A DNA stretch of 64,000 nucleotides from Candidatus Uhrbacteria bacterium CG_4_9_14_3_um_filter_41_35 (GCA_002791275.1 PFWT01000009.1:211357-275356), one strand, 5' to 3'. Shown: positions 27,595 through 37,040, numbered from the stretch's first letter. Notes: generated from the sequence alone by a model not told the origin. Program-made: numbers and translations.

Positions 27595-28605
27595 TTAATA
27601 CGTCGCACCCACGTATGCGACGTTAAGCGCGTCGTAGTCCGTGCCGTTGGCGTACGCCCACGGCCGGACTTTGAAGCTCTGGCTCCCGCCGGTGACATAC
27701 ATGTCACCGACGAGGGTCATGTCGTTCTCCACCATGTGGCGCCAGACGCCATGGTGGAGAGCGAAGCCGTTGACGATGATCTGGTCATCGTCAGCGGCTA
27801 CCATAACCACGCAGGGATCCGTCATCCCTGCGTAGAGGCCCCACTCCAAAAAAGTGGGGTCCTCCCAGTTGTACCACTGGGAGTCGTCTTGGACGACCCC
27901 CAGCTTGTCGGTAAGAGCCAAGAACAAACGGAGCTGGGTCACTCCGTCTGCGATAAACTCTGCGGTGTCAACGCAGAGTTTGACGCGCATGTCGTCCGGC
28001 ACAGACGAGGTGCAACCCTCGTCCACCGCACCGTCGCAGTCGTTGTCGAGGCCGTCGTCGCAGACTTCTGCGAACGACGGGTTAACGGCTGCGCGCATGT
28101 CGTCGCAGTCATCGGGACGGGCCACGTAACCAGCTGGCTGGTTACACGCCACAATAGTTACGGCGTTTCCGCCGTAACTGTCGCCGTCGTTGTCTCGGTA
28201 CCAGATCTTGGTACCGACCGCGCCGACATCCACCGTGCCGTCGCAGTTGTTGTCGATGCTGTCGCAGACCTCGGTGGCGCCCGGGTAGATGTTCGGGTTG
28301 GCGTCGTTGCAGTCGACGCCGGCAATGAAGCCGTCGCCGTCCGCGTCCGTGCCGGCGTCCGTGCCGGCGTCCGTGCCAGCATCTGTGCCGGCGTCCGTGC
28401 CGGCGTCCGTGCCGGCGTCCGTGCCAGCATCTGTGCCGGCGTCCGTGCCGGCGTCCGTGCCAGTACCGCTGTCGGTACTGGCAAAATACCCGATCCCACC
28501 TGAAGTGGGATTGGGCGCCCCGCCACAGCCCGTAAGGGCCATGACAAGGGCGAATTCAAACATGCACTTTCGCATGAATCCTCCTTTTTGAGTGCACTTC
28601 TGCAC
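27595..28605 (-). CDS. GC-rich lipoprotein with (GTDA)n tandem repeat and Cys-rich 'putative metal-binding' DCDD/CDGxDNDCDG domains
   Basis: Lipobox LTGC, at least ten GTDA repeats, and two copies of a CNDANP...PGATEVCDSIDNNCDG / CDDM...FAEVCDDGLDNDCDG motif (the myxobacterial-type Cys-rich repeat). The antisense ORF 27577..28503 is compositional noise. Confidence 0.55.
   Translation of the reverse strand: MQKCTQKGGFMRKCMFEFALVMALTGCGGAPNPTSGGIGYFASTDSGTGTDAGTDAGTDAGTDAGTDAGTDAGTDAGTDAGTDAGTDADGDGFIAGVDCNDANPNIYPGATEVCDSIDNNCDGTVDVGAVGTKIWYRDNDGDSYGGNAVTIVACNQPAGYVARPDDCDDMRAAVNPSFAEVCDDGLDNDCDGAVDEGCTSSVPDDMRVKLCVDTAEFIADGVTQLRLFLALTDKLGVVQDDSQWYNWEDPTFLEWGLYAGMTDPCVVMVAADDDQIIVNGFALHHGVWRHMVENDMTLVGDMYVTGGSQSFKVRPWAYANGTDYDALNVAYVGATY
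28323..28470. repeat. 12-nt period tandem repeat (ggcgtccgtgcc)n, about 12 units, encoding (GTDA)n
   Basis: Directly visible in the sequence. Minor variants agcatctgtgcc occur. Confidence 0.85.
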
Positions 28606-28935
28606 TCGGTTTCAAGATTCTCGGAAATCAGCAGAATTTTGAATTCTGCATTATCCCTTTAAACCCACAATCTAGTACTTTGACTATAGGCTCCAAGCGA
28701 TTTTCGTTATTCTGGGACTTTAATTACTTCTATATTCCCTTTTTATAACGACCTACCATAATAGCATAAAATTGTCTTTCTGTCAAGGTCTTAGCTAAAT
28801 AAATACTCTAATCTTAGCAAAAAAAAGATACTCAGAATCTCTGAACATTTATCACAAACCGCGCAATTTTTACAAAAAAAAGACGCCTCTCATTTGAGAA
28901 GCGTCGAAGTGATGATCCATTGACTGCGCTTCAGC

Positions 28936-29583
28936 CTAATGGATCGGATCACCAAACGCGTAAGCGGGCAGCCCGCTTAGCGTAAAGTCAGTGAGCGCCC
29001 CGTCGGCGCTCCGGTCGTCGAACGGGAGGGAGGACTGTGGAACAATCCTCGCGTGCTCGATTTGAACACTTCCGTCTTCACGGAGGTGTTCAAGAGTGAC
29101 GTCTCCGAGGAGCGAGCGCTCCTCGGAGAGGCAGTGCCGGACGGTGTTACCCGTCCAGCAGAATCCGTTCACGATCACACCCTCGTTGGGTGTGATCGTG
29201 AACGGTGCGCTCGAGCACCGCTTCATCCCGCCCGTTCCGGGCGGAATGTTCTGAGCGACGAGGGCGTAACTGCCCTCGTCGTAGAACGTTGCGCCACCAT
29301 CCAGCTCCCGCTGGGTGATGGCGAAGAGGTAGACGTCCGTCGTCACCTCCTCCCCACCGACGCGCTGCGCGCCGGTGAAGCAGATGTAGGCCGCGCCGGC
29401 GTCAGTGCCGGCGCCGTTGCCGTTGCCGTCGGTGCCGGCGCCGGTGTCGTTGCCGGTGTCCCACGTGCCGGTGGTGCCGTCATTCGGCACCATCACGCAA
29501 CCGCCCATAAGGGCGAAAAGAATCATAAACTTCATTTTAACTCCTTTGGCCAGAAACTGGCCGTTGGTTTTCGGACTACCCAA
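28936..29583 (-). CDS. GC-rich lipoprotein with Gly/Thr/Asp/Asn-rich low-complexity linker (hypothetical)
   Basis: The MKFMILFALMGGC lipobox lies after the first in-frame Met, so the true start is probably around 29538. The T/G/D/N-rich stretch is followed by a globular region. GC3-rich codon usage. Confidence 0.45.
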   Translation of the reverse strand: MGSPKTNGQFLAKGVKMKFMILFALMGGCVMVPNDGTTGTWDTGNDTGAGTDGNGNGAGTDAGAAYICFTGAQRVGGEEVTTDVYLFAITQRELDGGATFYDEGSYALVAQNIPPGTGGMKRCSSAPFTITPNEGVIVNGFCWTGNTVRHCLSEERSLLGDVTLEHLREDGSVQIEHARIVPQSSLPFDDRSADGALTDFTLSGLPAYAFGDPIH

Positions 29584-29616
29584 TACTGCCTATGCAGTTC
29601 ATTGGGGAGTCCGCTT

Positions 29617-29666
29617 GCAGGACTCTTAAAATCTATAAATAATTTTATAAACTTTAAGAGTCCTGC
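29617..29666. promoter_or_regulatory. 16-bp perfect inverted repeat (ttgcaggactcttaaa / tttaagagtcctgcaa) around an AT-rich spacer, upstream of the 28936-29583 gene
   Basis: Seen directly in the sequence. No T-tract follows on either strand, which favours an operator over a terminator. Confidence 0.3.
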
Positions 29667-30000
29667 AAAACAACAGAAGAACTTATCATCAACTATCACC
29701 CTTGTCAATAGCTTAATCTTTTTCAACTCTTCCTTTGGTGACGTGCAACATACATCACTTTTATTTTACCCAGGCATCGTGTTTTTGTTTCAGTCGATAT
29801 AACAACATTTTCAGTGTATCCTGCGTAAATTTGATGTATGTTACCAGTCGTAACAGCACCAAAGAAAGAGTTAATTTTTAATAGAACATTTTCAAAGTTC
29901 TCATCGAACATTAAATTTCTTTAATATTCAGTGAAAAATTTAAAGGTGTGGAGCCGGGAAGAATGATTTCACTCATCTTCCCAGCTCCTAGGAGGAGCGC

Positions 30001-30900
30001 TTACTCGCGATCCGCGTGGCTGTTCCACAGCCACGCGAGGTTAGCACTCAGCTCGAGGCGCGTCACAGGCAGTGCCTGGTGACGCGTCCCCTGCAAGCCG
30101 GCGAAAACGCCAGGCTGCAGGGTGAGCTGAAGCTCGCTCCCGACCGGGAGCGAGTACCAGAGGCCACCGTGGCCTCCGATACTCGCTCCGGTGTAGCTCC
30201 AACCTTTGCCGAGACCGGAGTGGTTACCAACCACTCCGGCGTAAAAGCCGAGGTCATTCGACTCCTGTGACCAGTAGGTCACGGAGTCGAATGACCCTCC
30301 GACGTGGTCGGGGCCGAGCTCAAGGCTCGGGATGAAAAGGTGGCCCACCTTGGCCCCCTCCCATCCCCAGATCACTCCCGTCCGGAGTGATCCTTGGACC
30401 GCTCCGGTGGCGCCGGCGATGGGCTGGCCGAAGCCGGCGCCGAGGCCGGCGCTCCAGCCGGCAACCATCCGTCTGTCATCCACGCGCCCGTTAAGCGCGT
30501 AGATGGCGGCGCGGTTACTTGCCACCCCGTCGCCGAGATTGGCGACGTCGGCCTCGAGCTGACCGATTCGCACCAAAAGTGCGGTGCGCTCAACCATCAA
30601 TTCCTCAAACTGTTCCACGATGTCGTGGAACTCCTGACCAGCATACCGGTCAAGTTTTCCGAGGTACACTCGGGTTTCGTTGAGCTTCCGCTCAACGGCC
30701 CCGAGTTGCGCCCGAACGGCACCGATGTCGGTGCTGTTCGTGACCGAGGTTTGCACCTCCGTCACTTCCTGCGTCGCCGGAGCGACGCAGGGGTTCACAC
30801 AGTCCTCCGGGCCGCCAGCGAAAGCGCTGGTGGCCGGAGCGATTACGATCATTACGAAGGCCATAACGGCCTTCGCGGACTTCCTCATTGTGGCCATCAT
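30001..30900 (-). CDS. GC-rich secreted protein: signal peptide, coiled-coil, Gly/aromatic-rich C-terminal domain (hypothetical)
   Basis: Signal peptide MIVIAPATSAFA, a heptad-like region (LEADVANL...), and a C-terminus with alternating G/W/Y/S β-strand-like segments. The antisense ORFs are noise. Confidence 0.45.
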   Translation of the reverse strand: MMATMRKSAKAVMAFVMIVIAPATSAFAGGPEDCVNPCVAPATQEVTEVQTSVTNSTDIGAVRAQLGAVERKLNETRVYLGKLDRYAGQEFHDIVEQFEELMVERTALLVRIGQLEADVANLGDGVASNRAAIYALNGRVDDRRMVAGWSAGLGAGFGQPIAGATGAVQGSLRTGVIWGWEGAKVGHLFIPSLELGPDHVGGSFDSVTYWSQESNDLGFYAGVVGNHSGLGKGWSYTGASIGGHGGLWYSLPVGSELQLTLQPGVFAGLQGTRHQALPVTRLELSANLAWLWNSHADRE

Positions 30901-31237
30901 GACCTCCTTCTGTTGTTTTTTGGCTACTTTCTGATCTCATCATTATTACCGACTTTAAGAAAAATCGGCAAATGCTAAGACCAATAAGTAACCAAAAAAC
31001 TTTGTGCAATGTCGGCTATTCTGAAGCACGACGACGCAACTTAACACAAGCTAAAGTATTTGTCAATAGTCTCTTAGCAAAATAAAAAACCCACTCGGAA
31101 GGCTCGAGATCTAGTCATAATAAGGAGGAGGTATTACGATTTGACACTCGAGCCATCGAAGCAGGCTTTTCAGTGCTGAGACCTTAGCAAAGCCTCAAAA
31201 ATCTGTCAACGGATTTACATTTTTCAGCAGATTTTTC

Positions 31238-31975
31238 TTAATTATTTGGATAAAACTCGCCATTTTTTACAATCTTTTCAAAAAAACGCTTTAAAACCAT
31301 AACTGCAAAAGGAGTTTCACCAACATTGTCCTGCATCACTAAAAGAGCGTCAGCCGACAATTTATAGATGTTTGCATAACGCTTTAAACGCCAGTGAACT
31401 GCTTCTTTATTTAGTTCTGGATGAAAGGTTAGCGCGTAAACCGGTTCGCCTGGAAAAGTGAAAGCTTGAACGCTTGAACGCACGCTCGACGCTAAATTAA
31501 CAGCTCCAACCGGTAAATTCATAATGTGGTCTTTGTGGCCGAGTTGAGCTTCAAAGCTCTCTGGAATTTCGCTAAATACTGGGCAATCCTTAGCCTCAAC
31601 CTTTTTCGTAATCAAAAAAGTGCCAGTTTCCTGATTTGCTTCGTCTAGCTCAACCACCCCACCAAAAGTTTGCGCTAAAATCTGCGCCCCAAAACAAATT
31701 CCGAGTGTTGGAATTTGTTTACCTCTTGCCAAACGAATAATTTCCCCCACCAATCCAACTTTTTCAGGAATATCGCCGTTTGAAAGCAAATAATCACCGG
31801 AACCACCAATAACCAAAGCGTCAACACCATTCAAATCTGTCTCGCTTGGTATTTTTTCTAAAACATTAAGTGAAACAACATCCTCAGCCTTCAAACCAGA
31901 CTGATGCACGAAACATTCAAGTTCGTGCTGTTCGGTTTCTGAATCAGGTCGCAACTGAATAAGCAAAACTTTCAT
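31238..31975 (-). CDS. Class I glutamine amidotransferase-like protein (GATase1)
   Basis: GICFGAQ nucleophile-elbow motif and an H/E dyad region (LTFHPE). Confidence 0.65.
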   Translation of the reverse strand: MKVLLIQLRPDSETEQHELECFVHQSGLKAEDVVSLNVLEKIPSETDLNGVDALVIGGSGDYLLSNGDIPEKVGLVGEIIRLARGKQIPTLGICFGAQILAQTFGGVVELDEANQETGTFLITKKVEAKDCPVFSEIPESFEAQLGHKDHIMNLPVGAVNLASSVRSSVQAFTFPGEPVYALTFHPELNKEAVHWRLKRYANIYKLSADALLVMQDNVGETPFAVMVLKRFFEKIVKNGEFYPNN

Positions 31976-31981
31976 AATATG

Positions 31982-33100
31982 CTAGTACTTCAAATCTTTA
32001 AAATCAGTAAAAGTCACCTCTAAACTAATTAGCGCCCCAGAACGCAATACTGTTAACACTCCCCTATCCCCTACTTCGTGCAGTGCGATAAGCTCTGCGA
32101 GCGACATATTTTTTTCGATATTTTTGTTATCAACCGAAATAATAATATCACCAGCTTCTAGACCAGCGAGCTCTGCTGGTGATTTTGCCAGCACTTCAGA
32201 TTCATTAAGTACTAGCGCCCCAGCTGTCATATTTTGAAGCAGTGATTCATCGATATTTAAAGTTGAATCAATTTCAACAACTCGAACTCCAAGCCCAGCA
32301 CGACTACCCACACCGTCACGAATAGTACTTCGTATAAACGGTAAAATTTGATGCAGTGGAATTCCGCCACCCTCTCCAGTGCTAATTCCCACAAGTTCCG
32401 CCAAAGTATTAAATAGTGGTGCACCTACCGGGTTTTTATTTTCTAGCTCCCAGTTAGTAGTAAAAAATTCAGCAGGATCGGCGACTTCACCAACTCTTGC
32501 GCGGTAGTTTTTTATATTTTCGATAATAACTGACTGATCGTTTTGAATCGCAAAAAGCAAATCGCCACTATTCATCCCTGTTGATGTGCCAAACGCCAGT
32601 GAAGTTAAATTTTTCGATTCAATCTTCACCATCACTAAATCTGTTAAAGTGTCCTCCACGTAATTTGTTATTGCAAACCTGTTACCACCGATCCAAACTT
32701 CCGCCTCGGTTAAAGGGTTTGTGAATTTCTTGAAACTTATTTTATTAAAAACAATCCAGCCGTCATTGGTTACTACAGCTCCAGCCCCCAGCATCGAATC
32801 GTCTTTTATCATTAGTGATAACTCTTTTGTATCCTTGCTAACAGCCCTAACTGTAGCCACACCTGTAAAAGCAACCTCTCTTACTCTTGAAAGTGACTCT
32901 TCGTAGGTTCCCGGTAGTGGTCTTGGTTTTATTTCTGAGAGTGTTACGAACTTTGTATCTTCCTCTAAACTGCGAGTGTAATTATTCAGCGACTCGTTTA
33001 CATTCACCGCCCCAATAACTCCAGCTAAACCACCGGCAATAATCGAAAAGAATATAGAGAGCCCCAAAACACTACCAATTTTTTTATTTTTTTTATCCAT
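31982..33100 (-). CDS. HtrA/DegP-like trypsin-fold + PDZ protein, apparently lacking catalytic His/Ser
   Basis: N-terminal TM segment, a trypsin-like core (DLVMVKIE Asp box) and a C-terminal PDZ domain (LAGLEAGDIIISVDNKNI). The TNxHV box reads TNYVE and the GNSGG box reads GEGGG, so the catalytic His and Ser appear absent. Confidence 0.5.
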   Translation of the reverse strand: MDKKNKKIGSVLGLSIFFSIIAGGLAGVIGAVNVNESLNNYTRSLEEDTKFVTLSEIKPRPLPGTYEESLSRVREVAFTGVATVRAVSKDTKELSLMIKDDSMLGAGAVVTNDGWIVFNKISFKKFTNPLTEAEVWIGGNRFAITNYVEDTLTDLVMVKIESKNLTSLAFGTSTGMNSGDLLFAIQNDQSVIIENIKNYRARVGEVADPAEFFTTNWELENKNPVGAPLFNTLAELVGISTGEGGGIPLHQILPFIRSTIRDGVGSRAGLGVRVVEIDSTLNIDESLLQNMTAGALVLNESEVLAKSPAELAGLEAGDIIISVDNKNIEKNMSLAELIALHEVGDRGVLTVLRSGALISLEVTFTDFKDLKY

Positions 33101-33115
33101 ATAAAGTTTAATAAT

Positions 33116-33880
33116 CTATATCCACCTTGCCGAAGCGAAGATGATTGCTAAAAGTATTACGGCCGTTCTTAAATATCGCATCAAAACTTTTTTCGAAATT
33201 TTTTCAAGCACATGGACTCGTGTGAGGCCAAGGTACAAGTATAGAAAAACTGAAAAAGCGGCTGCGCTCGTTATAAAACTAGTTGGCAACATTGCGAGCG
33301 CTATATATAGTTCGGTCATCAGCAGAGCTCCGGAAAACGCAAAAAGATTACTTACACTGCTTGAAACTTTGCTCACCCAAAAGACCGCGGTGCTCGAAAA
33401 TAACACCACCCAAAAAACTGCCAGCGCTGGCACCCAAACCGGAAGCTGTAAAAAGATCTGCACGGCGTAGGCTCCACTTGTGAAGAAAAAACCGCTCACC
33501 ACAAAGAGCACTAGTGACAGATACTCTAAAGCGTAGGCCTGATACGTACTTGGTAAATGATAAAAAGCAAAAACGTTTTCTGCAAACAACCAGATACCAA
33601 AAGTTACAAATACCCCCAAAGCAATCTTTACCGCCTCAACTTCAAGAAATAAAAAGAAAAAGATTGAGGATACTAAGAAAAATAACGGTATACCTAAAAA
33701 TACCCAAAAAGACGCAAGTTGCCATTCCCATTTCAGAAGTCTTGCAAACAGCATGGGTGAAGCCAGAACCGTGAAAAGCAGTGGGAGACCGATTGGTGTG
33801 TGCGAATAAATAAGGATACCAAAACTAGCAATCGTTGTGATTGCAATAATCATTGGAGTTATTCGATGTAATAGAATCAC
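33116..33880 (-). CDS. Polytopic membrane protein (hypothetical, about 8 TM)
   Basis: Hydrophobicity pattern only. Confidence 0.4.
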   Translation of the reverse strand: MILLHRITPMIIAITTIASFGILIYSHTPIGLPLLFTVLASPMLFARLLKWEWQLASFWVFLGIPLFFLVSSIFFFLFLEVEAVKIALGVFVTFGIWLFAENVFAFYHLPSTYQAYALEYLSLVLFVVSGFFFTSGAYAVQIFLQLPVWVPALAVFWVVLFSSTAVFWVSKVSSSVSNLFAFSGALLMTELYIALAMLPTSFITSAAAFSVFLYLYLGLTRVHVLEKISKKVLMRYLRTAVILLAIIFASARWI

Positions 33881-33901
33881 AGGCGCCTACCTTACAAAAA
33901 G

Positions 33902-34306
33902 TTATTGATTTAGCCAAGGGGTAGCTTTTTTCAACAGATCTAACCTTGCTTGACCACTTGCGGTGTTGCCTAATTTAAAATCGCCAAAAGCAACCACTAA
34001 ATTGAAGTGAAATTCCTTAAATTCAGCCGGCACCCTAAGGTCAAGAAGTGAGGTGTAGGCGCTTTCAGCACTACCTGTTGTTTCAAAAGTAATAACAATA
34101 GTATTAATCTCGGTCTCGTATTGCGAAGTGGTTGGTGACATAACTACCGGTAACTCAACAGGTGGGATTTGTACCGTTCGCGAAATAGTTGGTTGCCAAA
34201 AGGTAGCAACAAACAGAGTAAACGAAACGGCTACACCGATCAGAATAAATGGAAACCAAGTTCTATAAGGCATGTGCATACTATTTATTATTTTTAGATA
34301 ATTCAT
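33902..34306 (-). CDS. Hypothetical membrane-anchored protein
   Basis: A single N-terminal TM helix with a soluble C-terminal domain. Confidence 0.35.
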   Translation of the reverse strand: MNYLKIINSMHMPYRTWFPFILIGVAVSFTLFVATFWQPTISRTVQIPPVELPVVMSPTTSQYETEINTIVITFETTGSAESAYTSLLDLRVPAEFKEFHFNLVVAFGDFKLGNTASGQARLDLLKKATPWLNQ

Positions 34307-35336
34307 CTATTAAAACGCTTATTGCAATTACGGTTGGAATCGCAAGCAGACCACCAAAAAATCCCGCAACTTTAAGACCAATTAAAATTGCAAAAATGCC
34401 AATTACCGGATTAAGTCCTGTAACTTTTTGCATAATTTTTGGTGATAGTACATCTGCCTCAAGCTGTTGAATCAGAAAATAAAACAGTGCCACAAACACA
34501 GCCTGAAGTGGAGAAATTGAAAGCGCAATTATCACCGCTGGTATCACCGAAAGAATTGGTCCAATATATGGGACAATTTCGAGCAAACCAGCGATGAGCG
34601 CCAGCACGAGGGCAAACGGAACCTGAAGAACCGAGAGTACAATGAAGGTAAGCGCAAAAATTATGACCATCACCAGCAACTCAGCTCGAAGCCACGTGCC
34701 TAGCCGATCCCGCATCCTTGGCCCAATAGTCTTTGAAAACTTGTTGTATTTTGTGGAGGCTAGCCATTTTACAAAACCAGCCTTGAAAAAATCCTCCTCC
34801 ATAACCATATAATATGCCAAAACCAGAACAAGGAGGATTGTTAAAATTACCTGAAAAGTTTCGGTAACATAGGTTGCCAGAACCGGTACAGCACTTGAAA
34901 TACCAGATTCTTGAATATGCGAAACAACCTCGGTTAAATTCTGCTCAAATAAATTACCATCGATAATTCCCCCGATAATTGGTTCAGTTTCTTTGAGTTT
35001 ATTGATTGCCGGCGCGTACCTCTCGGCGATTTCCTGAGTTTGTGCTAAGGTTCGAGGGACAATTAGTAAAAGACCACCTGTAAGCACGATCAGAATCCCA
35101 AGATAAACTAGGCCAATCCCAATCCCTTTTGAAATTCCGCGCTTTTTAAACCACGCAGCTGCCGGTTCAATTAATGCTGCGAGCATAAGCGAGGCTAAAA
35201 AAATTGCCAGCAAGTCTCTTAAAAAGAAGATCAGTAGTCCGCCTGCAATAATTGCAAAAACTTGAAAAATAGTGCTGGTCGAAATTTTGACCTGCACCTC
35301 GCGAGCACTTACCCCCTTTGTTTTTGACCTAGGCAT
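34281..35336 (-). CDS. AI-2E family transporter (PerM/YhhT-like, UPF0118)
   Basis: 351 aa with 8 TM helices and the conserved LEIVPYIGPILSVIPAVIIAL region. Confidence 0.65.
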   Translation of the reverse strand: MPRSKTKGVSAREVQVKISTSTIFQVFAIIAGGLLIFFLRDLLAIFLASLMLAALIEPAAAWFKKRGISKGIGIGLVYLGILIVLTGGLLLIVPRTLAQTQEIAERYAPAINKLKETEPIIGGIIDGNLFEQNLTEVVSHIQESGISSAVPVLATYVTETFQVILTILLVLVLAYYMVMEEDFFKAGFVKWLASTKYNKFSKTIGPRMRDRLGTWLRAELLVMVIIFALTFIVLSVLQVPFALVLALIAGLLEIVPYIGPILSVIPAVIIALSISPLQAVFVALFYFLIQQLEADVLSPKIMQKVTGLNPVIGIFAILIGLKVAGFFGGLLAIPTVIAISVLIDELSKNNK

Positions 35337-35373
35337 AATCTATCGCTATTATATCATATATTGAATAAAACCT

Positions 35374-35817
35374 ATGGGTACCTTGGCGAAAAATAGAAAA
35401 GCACATTTTAACTACGAACTCCTCGAAAACTTCGAGGGTGGTTTAGTGCTCTCTGGCGCTGAAGTAAAAGCTGCAAAAAGAGGTCATATAAATATGAAAG
35501 GAGCCTTTTTATCGATCGTGAATAACGAGCTTTGGCTTAAAAATATGCATATCGGTAAATTCGCACCCGCTGGTAAGCAGGAAGACTATGTGCCAACTCA
35601 GAACCGAAAGGTTCTAGTTAAACGCCGAGAAATCAAGTCACTTACTGGAAAAGCTGATCAAAAAGGATTGACAATTGTGCCAATTAGTGTTTATACTAAG
35701 GGAGATTTGGTGAAGCTTGGCTTTGCTTTAGCGAAAGGGAAAAAGAATCACGAAAAGCGTGATGCGATCAAAAAACGCGACATTAGCCGGCACATTCAAG
35801 AAGAAATGAAGCGTTAA
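35374..35817 (+). CDS. smpB: SsrA-binding protein
   Basis: NRKAHFNYELLE...GLVLSGAEVK... with a basic C-terminal tail. It is immediately followed by the tmRNA gene. Confidence 0.9.
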   Translation: MGTLAKNRKAHFNYELLENFEGGLVLSGAEVKAAKRGHINMKGAFLSIVNNELWLKNMHIGKFAPAGKQEDYVPTQNRKVLVKRREIKSLTGKADQKGLTIVPISVYTKGDLVKLGFALAKGKKNHEKRDAIKKRDISRHIQEEMKR

Positions 35818-35884
35818 GGCTAGGCGACGCTTGTCGTCAGGTGCTGTTATCTGCGAAAAGATTTTAAGCTCTTCGCATATTACA

Positions 35885-36274
35885 GGGCCTGCCAGGAATC
35901 GATGGCAGAATCAGACTACTTTTACAATCAAGTCTGGGGGTGTTCACCCAGTTATAGCCGGACACAAATGACTACACGCAAACGTATTCACACAGGCTCG
36001 TAACGCATTTAGCGTTCAAATGCCTGCTCTAGCACTCGCTTAATAGCTGAGGCTCATCAAACTCGCGACATCTACTAGTGAGATCTTGGTGTTATATAAG
36101 TAGATATGAGCCTTCCCTGCTGACTTTGGAAGAACTCAAGATTTGCAAGTCAGAACTATCCAACATTTTTTCTGCGCTTTATATGTTGGGTTGTAAATAA
36201 GCGCGGATAAACTTGTAAGCAATTGTTTGGGGGTCTCTGACCAGACGGGAGTTCAATTCTCCCCAGGTCCACCA
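35885..36274 (+). ncRNA. ssrA: tmRNA (transfer-messenger RNA)
   Basis: 5' GGGCCUG pairs with 3' CAGGUCC-A-CCA, including a G3·U70 wobble. A T-arm is present (gggagTTCAATTctccc). The internal tag ORF GCA AAC GTA...CTC GCT TAA TAG encodes ANVFTQARNAFSVQMPALALA with tandem stops. Adjacent to smpB. Confidence 0.8.
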
Positions 36275-36384
36275 GTTAGATTTTTACTTTGTAGAAGCTA
36301 TTATTTACAAAATTCAATGTTTTGATGTAACCTCTACCAAGTAAACATCTTAAATTAAGAGTTAATCTATTTAATCCAATCACG

Positions 36385-36933
36385 ATGCGCATCCACCGAC
36401 ACCGAAATCGAAAGCCGAAATTTGACATACCTCAGTTTAGAGTTAATAAAAAAATTACCTCGCCTGAAGTGCGTGTGGTTTTGGATGGAGAGAATAGAGT
36501 TTTAAAAACTGAAGAAGCAATTGCGCTCGCAGAAGAGCAAGGTCTGGATCTTATCGAAGTTTCACCAAAAGCAAACCCACCCGTTTGCAAAATAATGGAT
36601 TTTGGTTCGTTTAAGTACCAGAAAGAAAAAGAAGCTAAGAAGCAACGAGCTACTGCAAAAGAAATAGAAATTAAGGGAATTAGACTTTCAATGCGGATTG
36701 GTCAAAACGATTTCGATGTTCGGTTAAAGCAAGCTAAAAAATTCTTAGAAAAAGGGCAAAAACTACGGCTTGAGTTAATTTTACGAGGTCGCGAAAAAGC
36801 TCATCGAGCTCGCGCAAATGAGGTTTTCAATCAATTTACGGAAGCTTTGAAGCTAGATTACGACATTAGAGTCGAGTCACCAACAAAGAGTTTAGGTAAC
36901 CGAATGCAGACAATCATCTCCAGAGTTTCATAA
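36385..36933 (+). CDS. infC: Translation initiation factor IF-3
   Basis: Conserved IF-3 N- and C-domains (EVRVV..G...G, LDLIEVSP.A.PPVCKIMD..K..YE). The true start is possibly a non-AUG codon inside the annotated ORF. Forms the infC-rpmI-rplT operon. Confidence 0.8.
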   Translation: MRIHRHRNRKPKFDIPQFRVNKKITSPEVRVVLDGENRVLKTEEAIALAEEQGLDLIEVSPKANPPVCKIMDFGSFKYQKEKEAKKQRATAKEIEIKGIRLSMRIGQNDFDVRLKQAKKFLEKGQKLRLELILRGREKAHRARANEVFNQFTEALKLDYDIRVESPTKSLGNRMQTIISRVS

Positions 36934-37040
36934 ATATCCTCAGTCATACACTCAGAAGCTTGACGAAAATAGCTAAATAAACTACAATCCTGCATACAAT
37001 ATAGGGTTACCACCTTTTTGGTCACCTTTAGAATCAAAAT

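Noticed and set aside
27577-28503. Long forward-strand ORF (308 aa, VRAGVRAG...) and other long ORFs antisense to the GC-rich genes (29053..29802, 30394..30978, 38026..38469, 37669..37949).
   Set aside because: High-GC DNA generates long stop-free antisense frames. These translate to low-complexity sequence. The opposite-strand genes have signal peptides, lipoboxes, domain motifs and proper terminators.
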